A stretch of 64,000 nucleotides of DNA from Eubacteriales bacterium (GCA_045602025.1 JAZSAT010000015.1:109-64108); one strand, 5' to 3'; shown: positions 50,730 to 61,416, counted from the first letter of the stretch. Numbers and translations: made by a program. The notes: a model not told the origin generated them from the letters alone.

Positions 50730-53573
50730 GTGGCAAAAGAAAACATTGTAATTAAAGGTGCAAGAGTGCATAATTTGAAAAATGTATCTCTTACCATTCC
50801 CAGGGATAAGCTTGTTGTTTTTACCGGCCTATCGGGAAGCGGCAAATCTTCTCTTGCTTTTGATACGATCTTTGCGGAAGGAAACCGGAGATTTGTGGAA
50901 TCTCTTTCTTCCTATGCAAGAATGTTCTTAGGACAGGTGGATAAGCCTGATGTGGATAGCATCGAAGGACTTTCTCCTTCTATTTCTATTGACCAAAAAA
51001 CAACCAATAAAAACCCTCGCTCAACTGTGGGAACCGTTACGGAGATCTATGACTATCTCCGCCTTTTGTATGCAAGAGTGGGTATCCCTCACTGCCCTAT
51101 TTGCGGCAAAGAGATCAGAGCACAGTCCATCGATCAGATCATTGATCAGATCATGGCACTGCCCGAAGGTACCCGTTTTCAGGTGCTTTCTCCCGTTGTT
51201 AAAGGAAAAAAAGGCATGCATGAAAAGGTCTTTGATAAAGCAAGAGAAGGTGGTTTTGTCCGTGTAAAGGTTGACGGTTATGTTTATGATCTGGAAGAAG
51301 TACCTCCTCTTGATAAAAACAAAAAGCACGATGTTGAAATTGTTGTGGATCGTCTTGTAATGAAAAAAGAAATTCAGGCAAGACTGACCGGATCTGTAGA
51401 AACAGCTCTGAAGCTTTCCGGAACAAGTGCAGTGATCGATCTCGTTTCTAAGTCCGAAGACGAGGAAGGAAAGTACCTGTCCTTTTCTACGGCCTTTGCT
51501 TGCGAAGAGCATAATTTCAGCATCGGTACGCTTCAGCCCCGTATGTTTTCATTTAATAACCCTTACGGTGCTTGCCCGAACTGTGACGGTATCGGTGTGA
51601 AGCCAACCGTTTCACCTCAGCGTATTATGCCGGATCTGACGAAAAGTCTTTTTGACGGTGGTATTCAGGTCAATGGCTTTAAAACCATGAAGGAAAACAA
51701 TTGGTCCGGCATCCTTTATAAGCAGGCACTGGCTCCCTTTGGAGTTACCTTATATACACCTTTTTGCGAGTATTCTGAGGCAGCAATGCACACCCTTCTT
51801 TACGGAACAGGAAATGCGGAATATGTGATCCCGTTCAAGGAAGGAGGCGTTTTGCAAAACTACCGCACCAAATTTCACGGTGTTATCAACAAGATCCTGG
51901 AACGGTATAATACCTTCCGCGACTCCTACTATGAGGAATTCTTCGAAGATGTTGTTTGTCCCGAATGCGGCGGCAAACGCCTGAAGGACGAGATCCTTGC
52001 TGTAACGGTAGGTGGGCTGAATATCTCCGAGTTCTGTGATCTTTCCGTAGAAAAAGAACTTGAATTTTTAGATAACCTTGTTCTTCCGGATAAAGAAAAG
52101 AAGATTGCAAAGGAAGTTATCAAGGAGATTCGTTCCCGCCTTGAGTTTTTGAGAAGTGTCGGGCTCGGATACCTGACCCTCTCACGAAAAGCGGGAACAC
52201 TTTCCGGCGGCGAAAGTCAGCGTATTCGTCTTGCAACCCAGATCGGCTCCAGCTTGATGGGCGTTTTGTATATTTTAGATGAGCCCAGTATCGGACTGCA
52301 TCAAAGAGACAATTCCAAATTGATCAAAACCCTGAAAAAACTTCGTGATACCGGAAATACCGTAATCGTTGTGGAACACGATACCGAAACCATGGAAAAT
52401 GCAGATTTTATCGTGGATATCGGTCCCGGAGCAGGGATCGGCGGCGGCAAGGTCGTTGTCTCCGGCTCGATGGAAGATGTGAAAAAATGCAAGGAATCCG
52501 TTACCGGTCAGTACCTTTCCGGTGAAAAGAAGATACTTGTTCCAACTGAAAGAAGAAAAGGTAACGGAAAAAGCCTTGTAATCAAAAAGCCCGAACAAAA
52601 TAACCTAAAAGGGATGGATGTGACGATCCCTCTCGGAAAGCTTGTTTTGGTAACCGGTGTTTCCGGCAGTGGAAAGAGCTCCTTGATCAACGGTATTTTA
52701 TACCCTTATCTTGCAAAAAAATTGAACCGTGCCAATACCATCCTCGGTAAGAGCGGAGAGATTTTGGGAGCAGAGGAGCTGGATAAGGTGATTGCCATTG
52801 ATCAGTCGCCCATCGGCAGAACACCCCGTTCCAATCCTGCAACTTATATCGGGCTGTTTACCGAGATCAGAAATGTATTTGCAAAAACACAGGATGCCAA
52901 AATGCGCGCCTTCGGACCGGATCGCTTTTCCTTTAATCTCAGAGGCGGCAGATGCGAAGCTTGTCAGGGCGACGGCACAGTGAAAATCGAAATGCACTTT
53001 TTGCCCGACGTTTATGTAAACTGTGATGTTTGCAACGGCAAACGCTATAACAGAGAGACCCTTGAGGTGAAATTCAAAGGGAAATCAATTGCAGATGTTC
53101 TGGATATGACCGTTTCCGAGGCTTTGAAATTTTTTGATGCGATCCCTTCCTTGAAGAGAAAACTTCAGACCCTTTACGATGTTGGCCTTGGGTATATCAA
53201 GCTCGGTCAGTCCTCTACGACGCTCTCCGGAGGAGAAGCCCAAAGAGTAAAGCTTTCCTGTGAGCTTTCGAAGCGTAGCACCGGCAGAACCTGCTATATT
53301 TTGGATGAGCCTACCACAGGTCTTCATACGGACGATGTGAATAAGCTCTGTGCCATTCTTGACCGCCTTGTGGATGCGGGTAATACTGTTATCGTGATCG
53401 AGCATAATCTTGATATGATCAAACGAGCAGACCATATCATTGACCTCGGTCCCGAAGGCGGCGATGCGGGTGGAACCATTGTAACAAGCGGTACCCCTGA
53501 GGAAGTGGCCGCTTGCAAGGAGAGTTACACAGGTCAGTATCTTGCACCTATCTTAAAACAGAAAGGAAAATAA
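50730..53573 (+). CDS. uvrA: Excinuclease ABC subunit A
   Basis: IVIKGARVHNLKNVSLTIPRDKLVVFTGLSGSGKSSLAFDTIFAEG, two ABC modules and zinc fingers. GTG start. Confidence 0.95.
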   Translation: MAKENIVIKGARVHNLKNVSLTIPRDKLVVFTGLSGSGKSSLAFDTIFAEGNRRFVESLSSYARMFLGQVDKPDVDSIEGLSPSISIDQKTTNKNPRSTVGTVTEIYDYLRLLYARVGIPHCPICGKEIRAQSIDQIIDQIMALPEGTRFQVLSPVVKGKKGMHEKVFDKAREGGFVRVKVDGYVYDLEEVPPLDKNKKHDVEIVVDRLVMKKEIQARLTGSVETALKLSGTSAVIDLVSKSEDEEGKYLSFSTAFACEEHNFSIGTLQPRMFSFNNPYGACPNCDGIGVKPTVSPQRIMPDLTKSLFDGGIQVNGFKTMKENNWSGILYKQALAPFGVTLYTPFCEYSEAAMHTLLYGTGNAEYVIPFKEGGVLQNYRTKFHGVINKILERYNTFRDSYYEEFFEDVVCPECGGKRLKDEILAVTVGGLNISEFCDLSVEKELEFLDNLVLPDKEKKIAKEVIKEIRSRLEFLRSVGLGYLTLSRKAGTLSGGESQRIRLATQIGSSLMGVLYILDEPSIGLHQRDNSKLIKTLKKLRDTGNTVIVVEHDTETMENADFIVDIGPGAGIGGGKVVVSGSMEDVKKCKESVTGQYLSGEKKILVPTERRKGNGKSLVIKKPEQNNLKGMDVTIPLGKLVLVTGVSGSGKSSLINGILYPYLAKKLNRANTILGKSGEILGAEELDKVIAIDQSPIGRTPRSNPATYIGLFTEIRNVFAKTQDAKMRAFGPDRFSFNLRGGRCEACQGDGTVKIEMHFLPDVYVNCDVCNGKRYNRETLEVKFKGKSIADVLDMTVSEALKFFDAIPSLKRKLQTLYDVGLGYIKLGQSSTTLSGGEAQRVKLSCELSKRSTGRTCYILDEPTTGLHTDDVNKLCAILDRLVDAGNTVIVIEHNLDMIKRADHIIDLGPEGGDAGGTIVTSGTPEEVAACKESYTGQYLAPILKQKGK

Positions 53574-53574
53574 A

Positions 53575-55341
53575 ATGATTCCCGAAAAATTGCAAACGGT
53601 ATTGGATCAGGTAGAAAAGCCCGGTCGCTATATCGGTGGTGAATTCAATGAGATCATAAAAGATAAAGAGGGGAAAACAAGAGTTGCTTTTTGTTTTCCC
53701 GATACCTATGAGATCGGTATGTCAAATCTCGGTATGAAGATCCTGTACGGTGTTTTAAATGAAATGGAGAATGTTTGGTGTGAGAGAGTGTTTGCGCCTT
53801 GGCCCGATATGGGAGAGCTTCTCAAAAAAAATGATGTAGATCTCTATGCTCTGGAAAGCGGAGATAGTTTGAGAAAATTTGATTTTTGTGCCTTTTCCAT
53901 CCAGTATGAGCTTTGCTATACCAACATCCTTTATATGCTGTCTCTGGCCCATATTCCTTTTTATGCAAAGGATAGAACGGAAGAACACCCCATTCTTCTC
54001 TGCGGTGGCCCCTGTACATACAATCCTGAACCTTTTGCCGACTTTTTTGATATTATGTCCATCGGAGAAGGGGAGGAAGCACTCCCGGAACTGATGAACC
54101 TTTACGAACAATGCAAAAAGGAAGGTAAGTCAAAGGAAGAGTTTCTCCGCCGTGCTTCTCATCTAGAAGGATTTTATGTTCCTTCTCTTTACGATGTGAC
54201 ATATAACGAGGATGGTACTATTTCATCCTTCAAACCGAAATATGAAGATGTTCCCGCAGTTATCAAAAAGAGGATTGTTAAGGATTTTGAAAATTCCTTC
54301 TATCCTACAAAGCCTGTTATTCCTCATGTGGAAGCGGTTCACGACAGAACCGTCCTTGAGGTGTTTCGCGGTTGTATCCGCGGCTGCAGATTCTGTCAGG
54401 CCGGTATGACCTGTCGCCCTATCCGCGAGCGCAGTCCCGAGAAATTGGACGAATTGGCAAAGAAGGCAACGGAAGGAACCGGATATCCCGAGATCTCCAT
54501 GTGCGCTCTTTCCATTTCCGATTATTCCGGCCTTTCTCAAATGTGTGAAAAGCTTCTTCAGTGGTGCCCCGATGAAAAGATCCGTCTTTCACTTCCTTCC
54601 ATGCGTGTGGACAGCTTTTCACAAAAGATCATGGATGAAGTGCCCGGACTGAAAAAAGGCTCCTTTACCTTTGCTCCCGAGGCGGGCACACAAAGACTTC
54701 GTGATGTGATCCACAAGGGTGTTACGGAAGAAGATATTACCCGTACAATGAATTATGTGTTCTCTGCAGGCATGTGTGCCGTGAAGCTCTATTTTATTGA
54801 CGGACTTCCCGCGGAGACGGATGAGGATGTAAAGGGAATTGCGGAGCTTGCTCAAAGAGTCGTAAATCTCTACTATCAGAATCCAGATAAACCGAAGGGT
54901 AAAAGCGTCAGTGTAAATATCAGTGTTTCTTGCTTTATTCCGAAGCCCCAGACCCCCTTCCAGTGGGTGGGGCAAAATTCCTTGGAAGAGGTAGAAAGAA
55001 AGCAAAAGCTTGTTCGTGAAAATATTACTACAAGAAAAGTCAGCTACAATTGGCACGATGCCAGATCAAGCCGATTGGAAGCGGTGCTTGCAAGAGGGGA
55101 CAGACGCCTTTCCCGTGCCATTGTTCTTGCCTTTGAAAAAGGGCAGATCTTTGACTCATGGGACGAATATTTCAGCCTTGAAAATTGGGAAGAAGCTATC
55201 AAAGAGGCCGGACTTGATTCCTCCTTCTATGCAAACAGAGAGATTCCTTTGGATGAAATCCTTCCTTGGGATCACATCTCAGCACTGGTTTCTAAGTCGT
55301 ATTTGCGCAGTGAGTACGAGAAGGCTATGAACATTTTGTAA
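53575..55341 (+). CDS. TIGR03960-type B12-binding-domain radical SAM protein
   Basis: VEKPGRYIGGEFNEI...FCFPDTYEIGMSNLGMKILYGVLN and CIRGCRFCQAG (CX3CX2C). It starts 1 nt after the uvrA stop. Confidence 0.75.
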   Translation: MIPEKLQTVLDQVEKPGRYIGGEFNEIIKDKEGKTRVAFCFPDTYEIGMSNLGMKILYGVLNEMENVWCERVFAPWPDMGELLKKNDVDLYALESGDSLRKFDFCAFSIQYELCYTNILYMLSLAHIPFYAKDRTEEHPILLCGGPCTYNPEPFADFFDIMSIGEGEEALPELMNLYEQCKKEGKSKEEFLRRASHLEGFYVPSLYDVTYNEDGTISSFKPKYEDVPAVIKKRIVKDFENSFYPTKPVIPHVEAVHDRTVLEVFRGCIRGCRFCQAGMTCRPIRERSPEKLDELAKKATEGTGYPEISMCALSISDYSGLSQMCEKLLQWCPDEKIRLSLPSMRVDSFSQKIMDEVPGLKKGSFTFAPEAGTQRLRDVIHKGVTEEDITRTMNYVFSAGMCAVKLYFIDGLPAETDEDVKGIAELAQRVVNLYYQNPDKPKGKSVSVNISVSCFIPKPQTPFQWVGQNSLEEVERKQKLVRENITTRKVSYNWHDARSSRLEAVLARGDRRLSRAIVLAFEKGQIFDSWDEYFSLENWEEAIKEAGLDSSFYANREIPLDEILPWDHISALVSKSYLRSEYEKAMNIL

Positions 55342-55350
55342 ATTTTAGAA

Positions 55351-55407
55351 AAAACGGCGAAAATCAGATGGGTTTTTTTAGGAATCTTCTTGATTTTCGC
55401 CCGTTTT
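55351..55407 (+). terminator. Long stem-loop between the radical SAM gene and rpsB (terminator or leader element)
   Basis: AAAACGGCGAAAATCA (55351-55366) pairs with TGATTTTCGCCCGTTTT (55391-55407): 16 bp with one bulge. The 24-nt loop is U-rich. Confidence 0.45.
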
Positions 55408-55522
55408 CGTGTTAAAATAATCCGAAAAAATTCACACACGGCCTTTTTCGCAAAGAAGGGTCGGCAGAAATGCTGTTCTTTGTTAGGACCGTGGCGGGTA
55501 AAACCCGGAAAGGAAAATAAAA

Positions 55523-56281
55523 ATGAGCAACATCATCTCTATGAAGCAGCTCCTGGAAGCAGGAGTTCACTTCGGACACCAGACCAGAAGATGGAACCCC
55601 AAAATGGCAGAGTACATCTTCACCCAGAGAAACGGTATTCACATCGTTGACCTGCAGAAGACTGTGAAGAAGGTTGAAGAAGCATACAACTTTGTTCGCG
55701 ATCTCGCTCAGGACGGTGGTACCATTCTTTTCGTAGGTACCAAAAAGCAGGCTCAGGACGCAATCAAAGAAGAAGCCCAGAGATGCGGTATGTACTATGT
55801 AAATGTTCGTTGGCCCGGCGGTATGCTGACCAACTACAAGACCATCAAGAAGAGCATTGCTCGACTCAACAAGCTGAAAAAGTTTGAGGAAGACGGTACT
55901 TTCGATCTTCTCCCCAAGAAGGAAGTTCTTGAGCACAAGAAGGAGATCGCTGATCTTGAAAAGAACTACGGCGGTATCAAGGAAATGGAAGGTCTTCCCA
56001 GTGCGATCTTCGTAGTTGACCCCAAGAAGGAAAGAAACGCAGTTCTCGAAGCTAAGAAGCTCGGCATCCCCATGGTAGCAATCGTTGATACCAACTGTGA
56101 TCCCGACGAAGCTGACTATATCATCCCCGGTAACGATGACGCAATCCGCGCAATCCGTTTGATCGCTTCCGTTATGGCAAATGCTGTTATCGAAGGCCGT
56201 CAGGGCGAAGACGCTTTTGCTACCGAGGAACCCGCAGAAGAAGTTACCGAAGCACCTGCTGAAGAAGCTACCGAAGCGTAA
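55523..56281 (+). CDS. rpsB: 30S ribosomal protein S2
   Basis: [27 protein letters not shown] and an acidic C-terminal tail. Confidence 0.95.
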   Translation: MSNIISMKQLLEAGVHFGHQTRRWNPKMAEYIFTQRNGIHIVDLQKTVKKVEEAYNFVRDLAQDGGTILFVGTKKQAQDAIKEEAQRCGMYYVNVRWPGGMLTNYKTIKKSIARLNKLKKFEEDGTFDLLPKKEVLEHKKEIADLEKNYGGIKEMEGLPSAIFVVDPKKERNAVLEAKKLGIPMVAIVDTNCDPDEADYIIPGNDDAIRAIRLIASVMANAVIEGRQGEDAFATEEPAEEVTEAPAEEATEA

Positions 56282-56305
56282 TTGTAAGAAAGAGAGGACC
56301 TTACT

Positions 56306-57223
56306 ATGGAAATCAATGCCAAAACAGTTGCAGCCCTCAGAGCAAAAACCGGTATCGGTATGATGGATTGCAAAAAAGCACTTGTAGAAGCAAACGGTAA
56401 TGAAGAAGAAGCAATCAAGATCCTTCGTGAGAAGGGCCTTGCTGTTGCTGCTAAAAAATCCAGCCGTATCGCAGCTGAAGGTCTCGTATCCATCATTTTG
56501 GATACCGAAACCCACACCGCTGCTATGATCGAAGTTAATATCGAAACCGACTTTGCAGCAAAGAACGCAGTATTCGGCGAGTTTGTTAACGATCTTTTGA
56601 AGATCATCCTCAAGACCCGTCCTGCAACCGTTGAAGAGCTCCTGAAGAAGGAATTCAAAGACGGTCTCGATGTAGAAGCTGCTTTGAAGGATAAGATCTT
56701 CACCATCGGTGAAAATATCAACATCCGCCGCTTTGTAGTGATCGAAGGTGCTTCCGCATCTTACATCCACGGCAAGGGCAACATCGGTGTTGTTGTTAAG
56801 ATGAGCAAGAACCTTGAAAGCGAAGCATTTGCTGAAGCTGCTAAGAATGTATGTCTCCAGGCAGCTGCAATGAAGCCCCAGTATCTGGATCCCGCTTCTG
56901 TTCCTGCAGATGTAATCGCAAAGGAAAAAGAAATTATCGAAACTCAGATCAAGAACGACGAAAAGAATGCAAAGAAGCCTGAAAAGGTTATTACCATGAT
57001 GGTTGAAGGCAAACTGAAGAAGTTCTATTCTACCAACTGTCTCACCGAGCAGGAATATGTTAAGGACGGTTCCTTGACTGTAGCAAAATATGTTGCTTCC
57101 GTTGCAAAAGAGCTTGGCGATGACTTCGCTGTTGCAGATTTTGTAATGTATGAAAAGGGCGAAGGTCTCGAAAAGAAAGAAGACAACTTTGCTGAAGAAA
57201 TTGCAAAACTGACCGGTAAATAA
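56306..57223 (+). CDS. tsf: Elongation factor Ts
   Basis: VAALRAKTGIGMMDCKKALVEANGNEEEAIKILREKG is the UBA-like N-terminus. Confidence 0.95.
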   Translation: MEINAKTVAALRAKTGIGMMDCKKALVEANGNEEEAIKILREKGLAVAAKKSSRIAAEGLVSIILDTETHTAAMIEVNIETDFAAKNAVFGEFVNDLLKIILKTRPATVEELLKKEFKDGLDVEAALKDKIFTIGENINIRRFVVIEGASASYIHGKGNIGVVVKMSKNLESEAFAEAAKNVCLQAAAMKPQYLDPASVPADVIAKEKEIIETQIKNDEKNAKKPEKVITMMVEGKLKKFYSTNCLTEQEYVKDGSLTVAKYVASVAKELGDDFAVADFVMYEKGEGLEKKEDNFAEEIAKLTGK

Positions 57224-57230
57224 GATTATG

Positions 57231-57260
57231 AAAAACTCTCCTTCGGAGAGTTTTTCTTTT
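57231..57260 (+). terminator. tsf terminator
   Basis: AAAAACTCTCC-ttcg-GAGAGTTTTT. A second hairpin lies at 57282-57307. Confidence 0.8.
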
Positions 57261-57387
57261 TAAATCTGATTTCGAAAAAGAAAGCGGTAACACCGCTTCT
57301 TTTTTTGCATTTTTTTATCTTTTCTATTTACAAATTCATCTTTTTTTTGTAAAATATAGGTTAGAAATATGATATTGTGGAGGGACT

Positions 57388-58101
57388 ATGAAACCGAAAT
57401 ATAAAAGAGTTTTGTTAAAACTTTCCGGAGAAGCTTTGATGCAGGGTGGAAAAACCGGTTCTATTTACAATTTTGACCTTTTGAATGTGATCTGCTCTAA
57501 GATCAAAGACTGCGTAGATATGGGTGTTGAGGTTGCGCTTGTTGTTGGTGCCGGTAACATCTGGCGTGGCAAGCAGGGAACGGATTTCCAAAGAGTTCGC
57601 GCAGACCATATGGGTATGCTTGCTACCGCGATCAACGCTCTTGCACTGCAAGACACTTTAGAGCACCTTGGTGTAGATGCCCGTGTTTTAAGTGCGGTTG
57701 AGATGGAAACCTTTACCGAAACCTATATTCGTGAAAAGGCGGTTTCTCATTTGAAGCACGGCAGAGTCGTCATTTTTGCCTGTGGCATCGGTAGCCCCTA
57801 TTTTTCTACTGATACGGCAGCAGTTCTTCGCGCAAGAGAAATTGATGCAGAGATCGTTTTGCTCGCTAAGAATATCGATGCTGTATATACTGCAGATCCT
57901 AAGCTTGATCCCGACGCAAAAAAACTGGAGCATATCCGTTATATCGATGTTCTCGCTCAAAATCTGAAGGTAATGGATACGACAGCAACAAGCTTTTCTA
58001 TGGACAACAAACTCCCTGTACATGTGTTCGGTTTAAATGACCCTGAAAATATTATTCGTGCCGTTATGGGCGAAAAGCTCGGAACGATTGTAGAAGCGTA
58101 A
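57388..58101 (+). CDS. pyrH: UMP kinase
   Basis: YKRVLLKLSGEAL...VVGAGNIWRG. Confidence 0.95.
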   Translation: MKPKYKRVLLKLSGEALMQGGKTGSIYNFDLLNVICSKIKDCVDMGVEVALVVGAGNIWRGKQGTDFQRVRADHMGMLATAINALALQDTLEHLGVDARVLSAVEMETFTETYIREKAVSHLKHGRVVIFACGIGSPYFSTDTAAVLRAREIDAEIVLLAKNIDAVYTADPKLDPDAKKLEHIRYIDVLAQNLKVMDTTATSFSMDNKLPVHVFGLNDPENIIRAVMGEKLGTIVEA

Positions 58102-58122
58102 TTTAAGAAAGGAATATTTGTT

Positions 58123-58677
58123 ATGAAACTCGAAATCAATGCTTATGAAGAAAAAATGAAAAAATGTCTCGCTGCTACCGAAAGAGAATTTTCCTCTGTT
58201 CGTGCAGGCCGCGCAAATGCAAGTATTTTGGACCGTATTTCCGTCGATTACTACGGAACACCCACTCCCATCAATCAGCTTGCCCAGATCTCCACTCCCG
58301 AAGCAAGAATGCTTGTGATCACCCCCTGGGACGCAAACCTTACCAAGGATATTGAGAAAGCGATTCTCGCTTCCGATCTCGGTATCAATCCTCAGAACGA
58401 TGGTAAAACCATTCGCCTTGCTTTCCCTCAGCCTACTGAAGAAAGAAGAAAAGAGCTTACTAAGCAGGTTTCCCGTCTTTCTGAAGAGGGGAAGGTTGCT
58501 GTCCGTAATGTCAGAAGAGACGCAATGGATAAGATCAAGGCTATGAAGAAAAACGGTGAAATGACCGAAGATGAACAGAAAATTTCCGAAAAGGAAGTTC
58601 AGGATCTTTCCGATAAGTATGTAAAGAACCTGGATGCTATGGCAAATGAAAAATCCAAGGAGATCATGAGTGTCTGA
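58123..58677 (+). CDS. frr: Ribosome recycling factor
   Basis: FSSVRAGRANASILDRISVDYYGTPTPINQLAQIS. Confidence 0.95.
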   Translation: MKLEINAYEEKMKKCLAATEREFSSVRAGRANASILDRISVDYYGTPTPINQLAQISTPEARMLVITPWDANLTKDIEKAILASDLGINPQNDGKTIRLAFPQPTEERRKELTKQVSRLSEEGKVAVRNVRRDAMDKIKAMKKNGEMTEDEQKISEKEVQDLSDKYVKNLDAMANEKSKEIMSV

Positions 58678-59417
58678 TGGCTACTGACAATACCGGTTGG
58701 GACAAATTCCCGGAAGGTTTGAAAAAGCCCCGTCATATTGGCATTATTATGGACGGTAACGGAAGATGGGCCAAAAAAAGAGGCTTTCCCCGCCTTGCCG
58801 GCCATAAGGAGGGGGCAGAAAACTTCAAGAGGATCGGTGATTACCTGATCGATCTTGACATTGAGGTCTCTACCTTCTATGCTTTTTCCACCGAAAATTG
58901 GAAAAGACCCATGGAAGAGGTTCAAAATATCCTTTCTCTCCTTAAGGACTATCTTTATGAATGGATGGATATGAGAAAAGACAGAAATATGCATTTCCAT
59001 TTTATTGGCGATCGCTCTGCTTTTTCTCCTCAGATTCGTGAACTAATGGCGAAGGTGGAAGAGGATTCTAAAATTTATCCGAACCAGCTGAACCTTGCAT
59101 TGAATTACGGCTCCCGAGATGAGCTTTGCAGGGCATTTTCCCTTCTTGCCAAACAAGGAAAAACGGAGATTACCCCCGAGGATATTTCTGCAAACCTTTA
59201 TACCGCAGGCCAGCCTGATGTAGATCTTTTGATCCGTACCGGCGGAGAGATGAGGCTTTCCAACTTTTTGCTGTATCAGTCTGCCTATGCGGAGTTTTAC
59301 TTTACAGATAAACTTTGGCCCGATATTAAGAAAAAAGATATTAACGACGCCATTTTGTATTTCAACAACCGTGAACGCAGGTTTGGCGGTGTCATTGAAA
59401 GGAAATCGAAATTATGA
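58677..59417 (+). CDS. uppS: Isoprenyl transferase (undecaprenyl-diphosphate synthase)
   Basis: HIGIIMDGNGRWAKKRG...FSTENWKRP...IRTGGEMRLSNFLLYQSAYAEFYF. The start overlaps the frr stop by 1 nt. Confidence 0.92.
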   Translation: MATDNTGWDKFPEGLKKPRHIGIIMDGNGRWAKKRGFPRLAGHKEGAENFKRIGDYLIDLDIEVSTFYAFSTENWKRPMEEVQNILSLLKDYLYEWMDMRKDRNMHFHFIGDRSAFSPQIRELMAKVEEDSKIYPNQLNLALNYGSRDELCRAFSLLAKQGKTEITPEDISANLYTAGQPDVDLLIRTGGEMRLSNFLLYQSAYAEFYFTDKLWPDIKKKDINDAILYFNNRERRFGGVIERKSKL

Positions 59418-60262
59418 CTCGTATTATTACAGGAATCGTCGGTATTCTGATTCTGATCCCTGTTTGTATTTTTTCAGGAACTTTTATTTGGCCTCTTGCT
59501 GTCACGATCTTTTCCGTGATTGCAACAGAAGAGCTTTTGCGTTGTATTGGTGCGCATAAGGAAAAGAAATTTGCAATTCCTGCAAGAGTATTTTCCCTTC
59601 TGCCTCTTTTTACTTATCTTCTTGCTACAAAATTTCAGCTTATTGATATGTTTCGTTGCATTTTTCTCTTTTCTGCACTTTTCTTTTTTGCAGAGCAGTT
59701 CATTGCAATGATCAACAAGAATCGTTATCCCACCACCAATTTGTACGCTTTGATTGCCTTGAATTTGTATGTTACCGTTTGCTTGACGGCAATTTCTCAG
59801 ATTCGTTATATTGATGGCGGCAACGAAGAGGGCAAGTACATTTATCTTTTGGTATTCTTTGGTGCTTGGATCTCCGATACCTTCGCCTATTTTACTGGCA
59901 GATTTTTAGGAAAAACACCTCTCGCGCCTGAGATCTCTCCCAAAAAGACTGTGGAAGGTTCTATCGGCGGTGTTCTTGCGAATATGATAGTTTTTGCAGG
60001 ATATGCTGCGCTTTTGAAAGGTGCTTTTGATGTGAACGCAAATGTCGTCTTTTTTGCGATTCTCGGTGCTCTTTTCTCAGCAGTCGGCCAATTTGGCGAT
60101 CTGATTGCATCGTGCATTAAGCGTCATTTCGGCGTAAAGGACTACGGTAAGCTTTTCCCCGGTCACGGCGGTGTACTTGACCGTTTCGATTCCACTCTTG
60201 CCATTGCAGGCGTAATGCTTCTTGTTTACGCAGCTTTCGGCTCTGCCTTTTTGATTCGCTGA
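59414..60262 (+). CDS. cdsA: Phosphatidate cytidylyltransferase
   Basis: Multi-TM protein with the C-terminal signature SCIKRHFGVKDYGKLFPGHGGVLDRFDS. Confidence 0.88.
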   Translation: MTRIITGIVGILILIPVCIFSGTFIWPLAVTIFSVIATEELLRCIGAHKEKKFAIPARVFSLLPLFTYLLATKFQLIDMFRCIFLFSALFFFAEQFIAMINKNRYPTTNLYALIALNLYVTVCLTAISQIRYIDGGNEEGKYIYLLVFFGAWISDTFAYFTGRFLGKTPLAPEISPKKTVEGSIGGVLANMIVFAGYAALLKGAFDVNANVVFFAILGALFSAVGQFGDLIASCIKRHFGVKDYGKLFPGHGGVLDRFDSTLAIAGVMLLVYAAFGSAFLIR

Positions 60263-60264
60263 TT

Positions 60265-61416
60265 ATGAAAAACATTTGCATTTTAGGCTCAACGGGTTCT
60301 GTTGGTACACAGGCAATTGAGGTTGTCCGCGAGCGCGGATTTCGCTTGACTGGCATTTGTGCCGATAAGAATATCTCTCTTTTGGAAGAGCAGATTCGTG
60401 AGTTTCATCCCTTGTACTGCGCAGTGCGTGATGAAGAGGCTGCTAAACATTTAAAAATTGCTGTATCGGATACAGATACCAAGATCCTCTCCGGCGAGGA
60501 GGGGATCTTAACTCTTTGCAGGGAATGTCCTGCGGATGTAACGGAAAATTCTCTGCTTGGCTCCAACGGTATCCGCCCTACCATGGAGCTTTTGAAAAAT
60601 GGCAAAAATATTGCAATGGCAAATAAAGAGCCCATTGTTGCAGCAGGCGAGATTATTTTGAAAACCGCAAAAGAAAACAACGCTTTGATTTTGCCTGTGG
60701 ACAGTGAGCATTCGGCTATTTTTCAGTGTATCAGTGGTTCTTTTAATGACCGAAAGTATCTTTCTCACCTTGTTTTGACTGCTTCCGGCGGTCCTTTTTT
60801 CGGCAAGAAAAGGGAAGATCTTGAAAAGGTTACTCCCGAAATGGCTCTTGCCCATCCTGTTTGGAATATGGGAAGGAAAATTTCCATTGATTCCGCTACG
60901 CTGCTTAATAAAGGTCTTGAGCTGATCGAAGCGGTTAGGCTTTTTTCCGTTTCCGCTGATGAGGTTGAGATTACCGTTCACCGTCAATCCATTGTTCATT
61001 CGATGGCAACTTTTGTGGACGGATCCACCATTGCACAGATGGGTCATCCTGATATGCGACACTGTATTCAATTTGCCCTGACCTATCCTCATCGCACCGA
61101 GGGGCTTTGTAAGCCGCTTGATTTTACAAAACCTTTGACACTGACCTTTGAAGGTGCAGATGAAAAAACATTTTCTTTGCTGGAAAGCGCAAGAAAAGCG
61201 GCTCGTCTCGGCGGGACTTTTACTACGGTACTGAATGCTGCCAATGAGTCGGCGGTTAGCTTGTTTCTTGATAAGAAAATTTCTTTTCTTGATATTTTTG
61301 ATATTGTCGCAGAAGAAGTGGAAACCCATTCTTCTTTGATTTCACCGAGTATTGACGACATTCTTTCTTTAGATCTTGAAATCAAGACAAAAGTTTTGGA
61401 AAAATACTCGAATTGA
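60265..61416 (+). CDS. dxr: 1-deoxy-D-xylulose-5-phosphate reductoisomerase
   Basis: ILGSTGSVGTQA, LPVDSEHSAIFQC, and LTASGGPF. Confidence 0.92.
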   Translation: MKNICILGSTGSVGTQAIEVVRERGFRLTGICADKNISLLEEQIREFHPLYCAVRDEEAAKHLKIAVSDTDTKILSGEEGILTLCRECPADVTENSLLGSNGIRPTMELLKNGKNIAMANKEPIVAAGEIILKTAKENNALILPVDSEHSAIFQCISGSFNDRKYLSHLVLTASGGPFFGKKREDLEKVTPEMALAHPVWNMGRKISIDSATLLNKGLELIEAVRLFSVSADEVEITVHRQSIVHSMATFVDGSTIAQMGHPDMRHCIQFALTYPHRTEGLCKPLDFTKPLTLTFEGADEKTFSLLESARKAARLGGTFTTVLNAANESAVSLFLDKKISFLDIFDIVAEEVETHSSLISPSIDDILSLDLEIKTKVLEKYSN

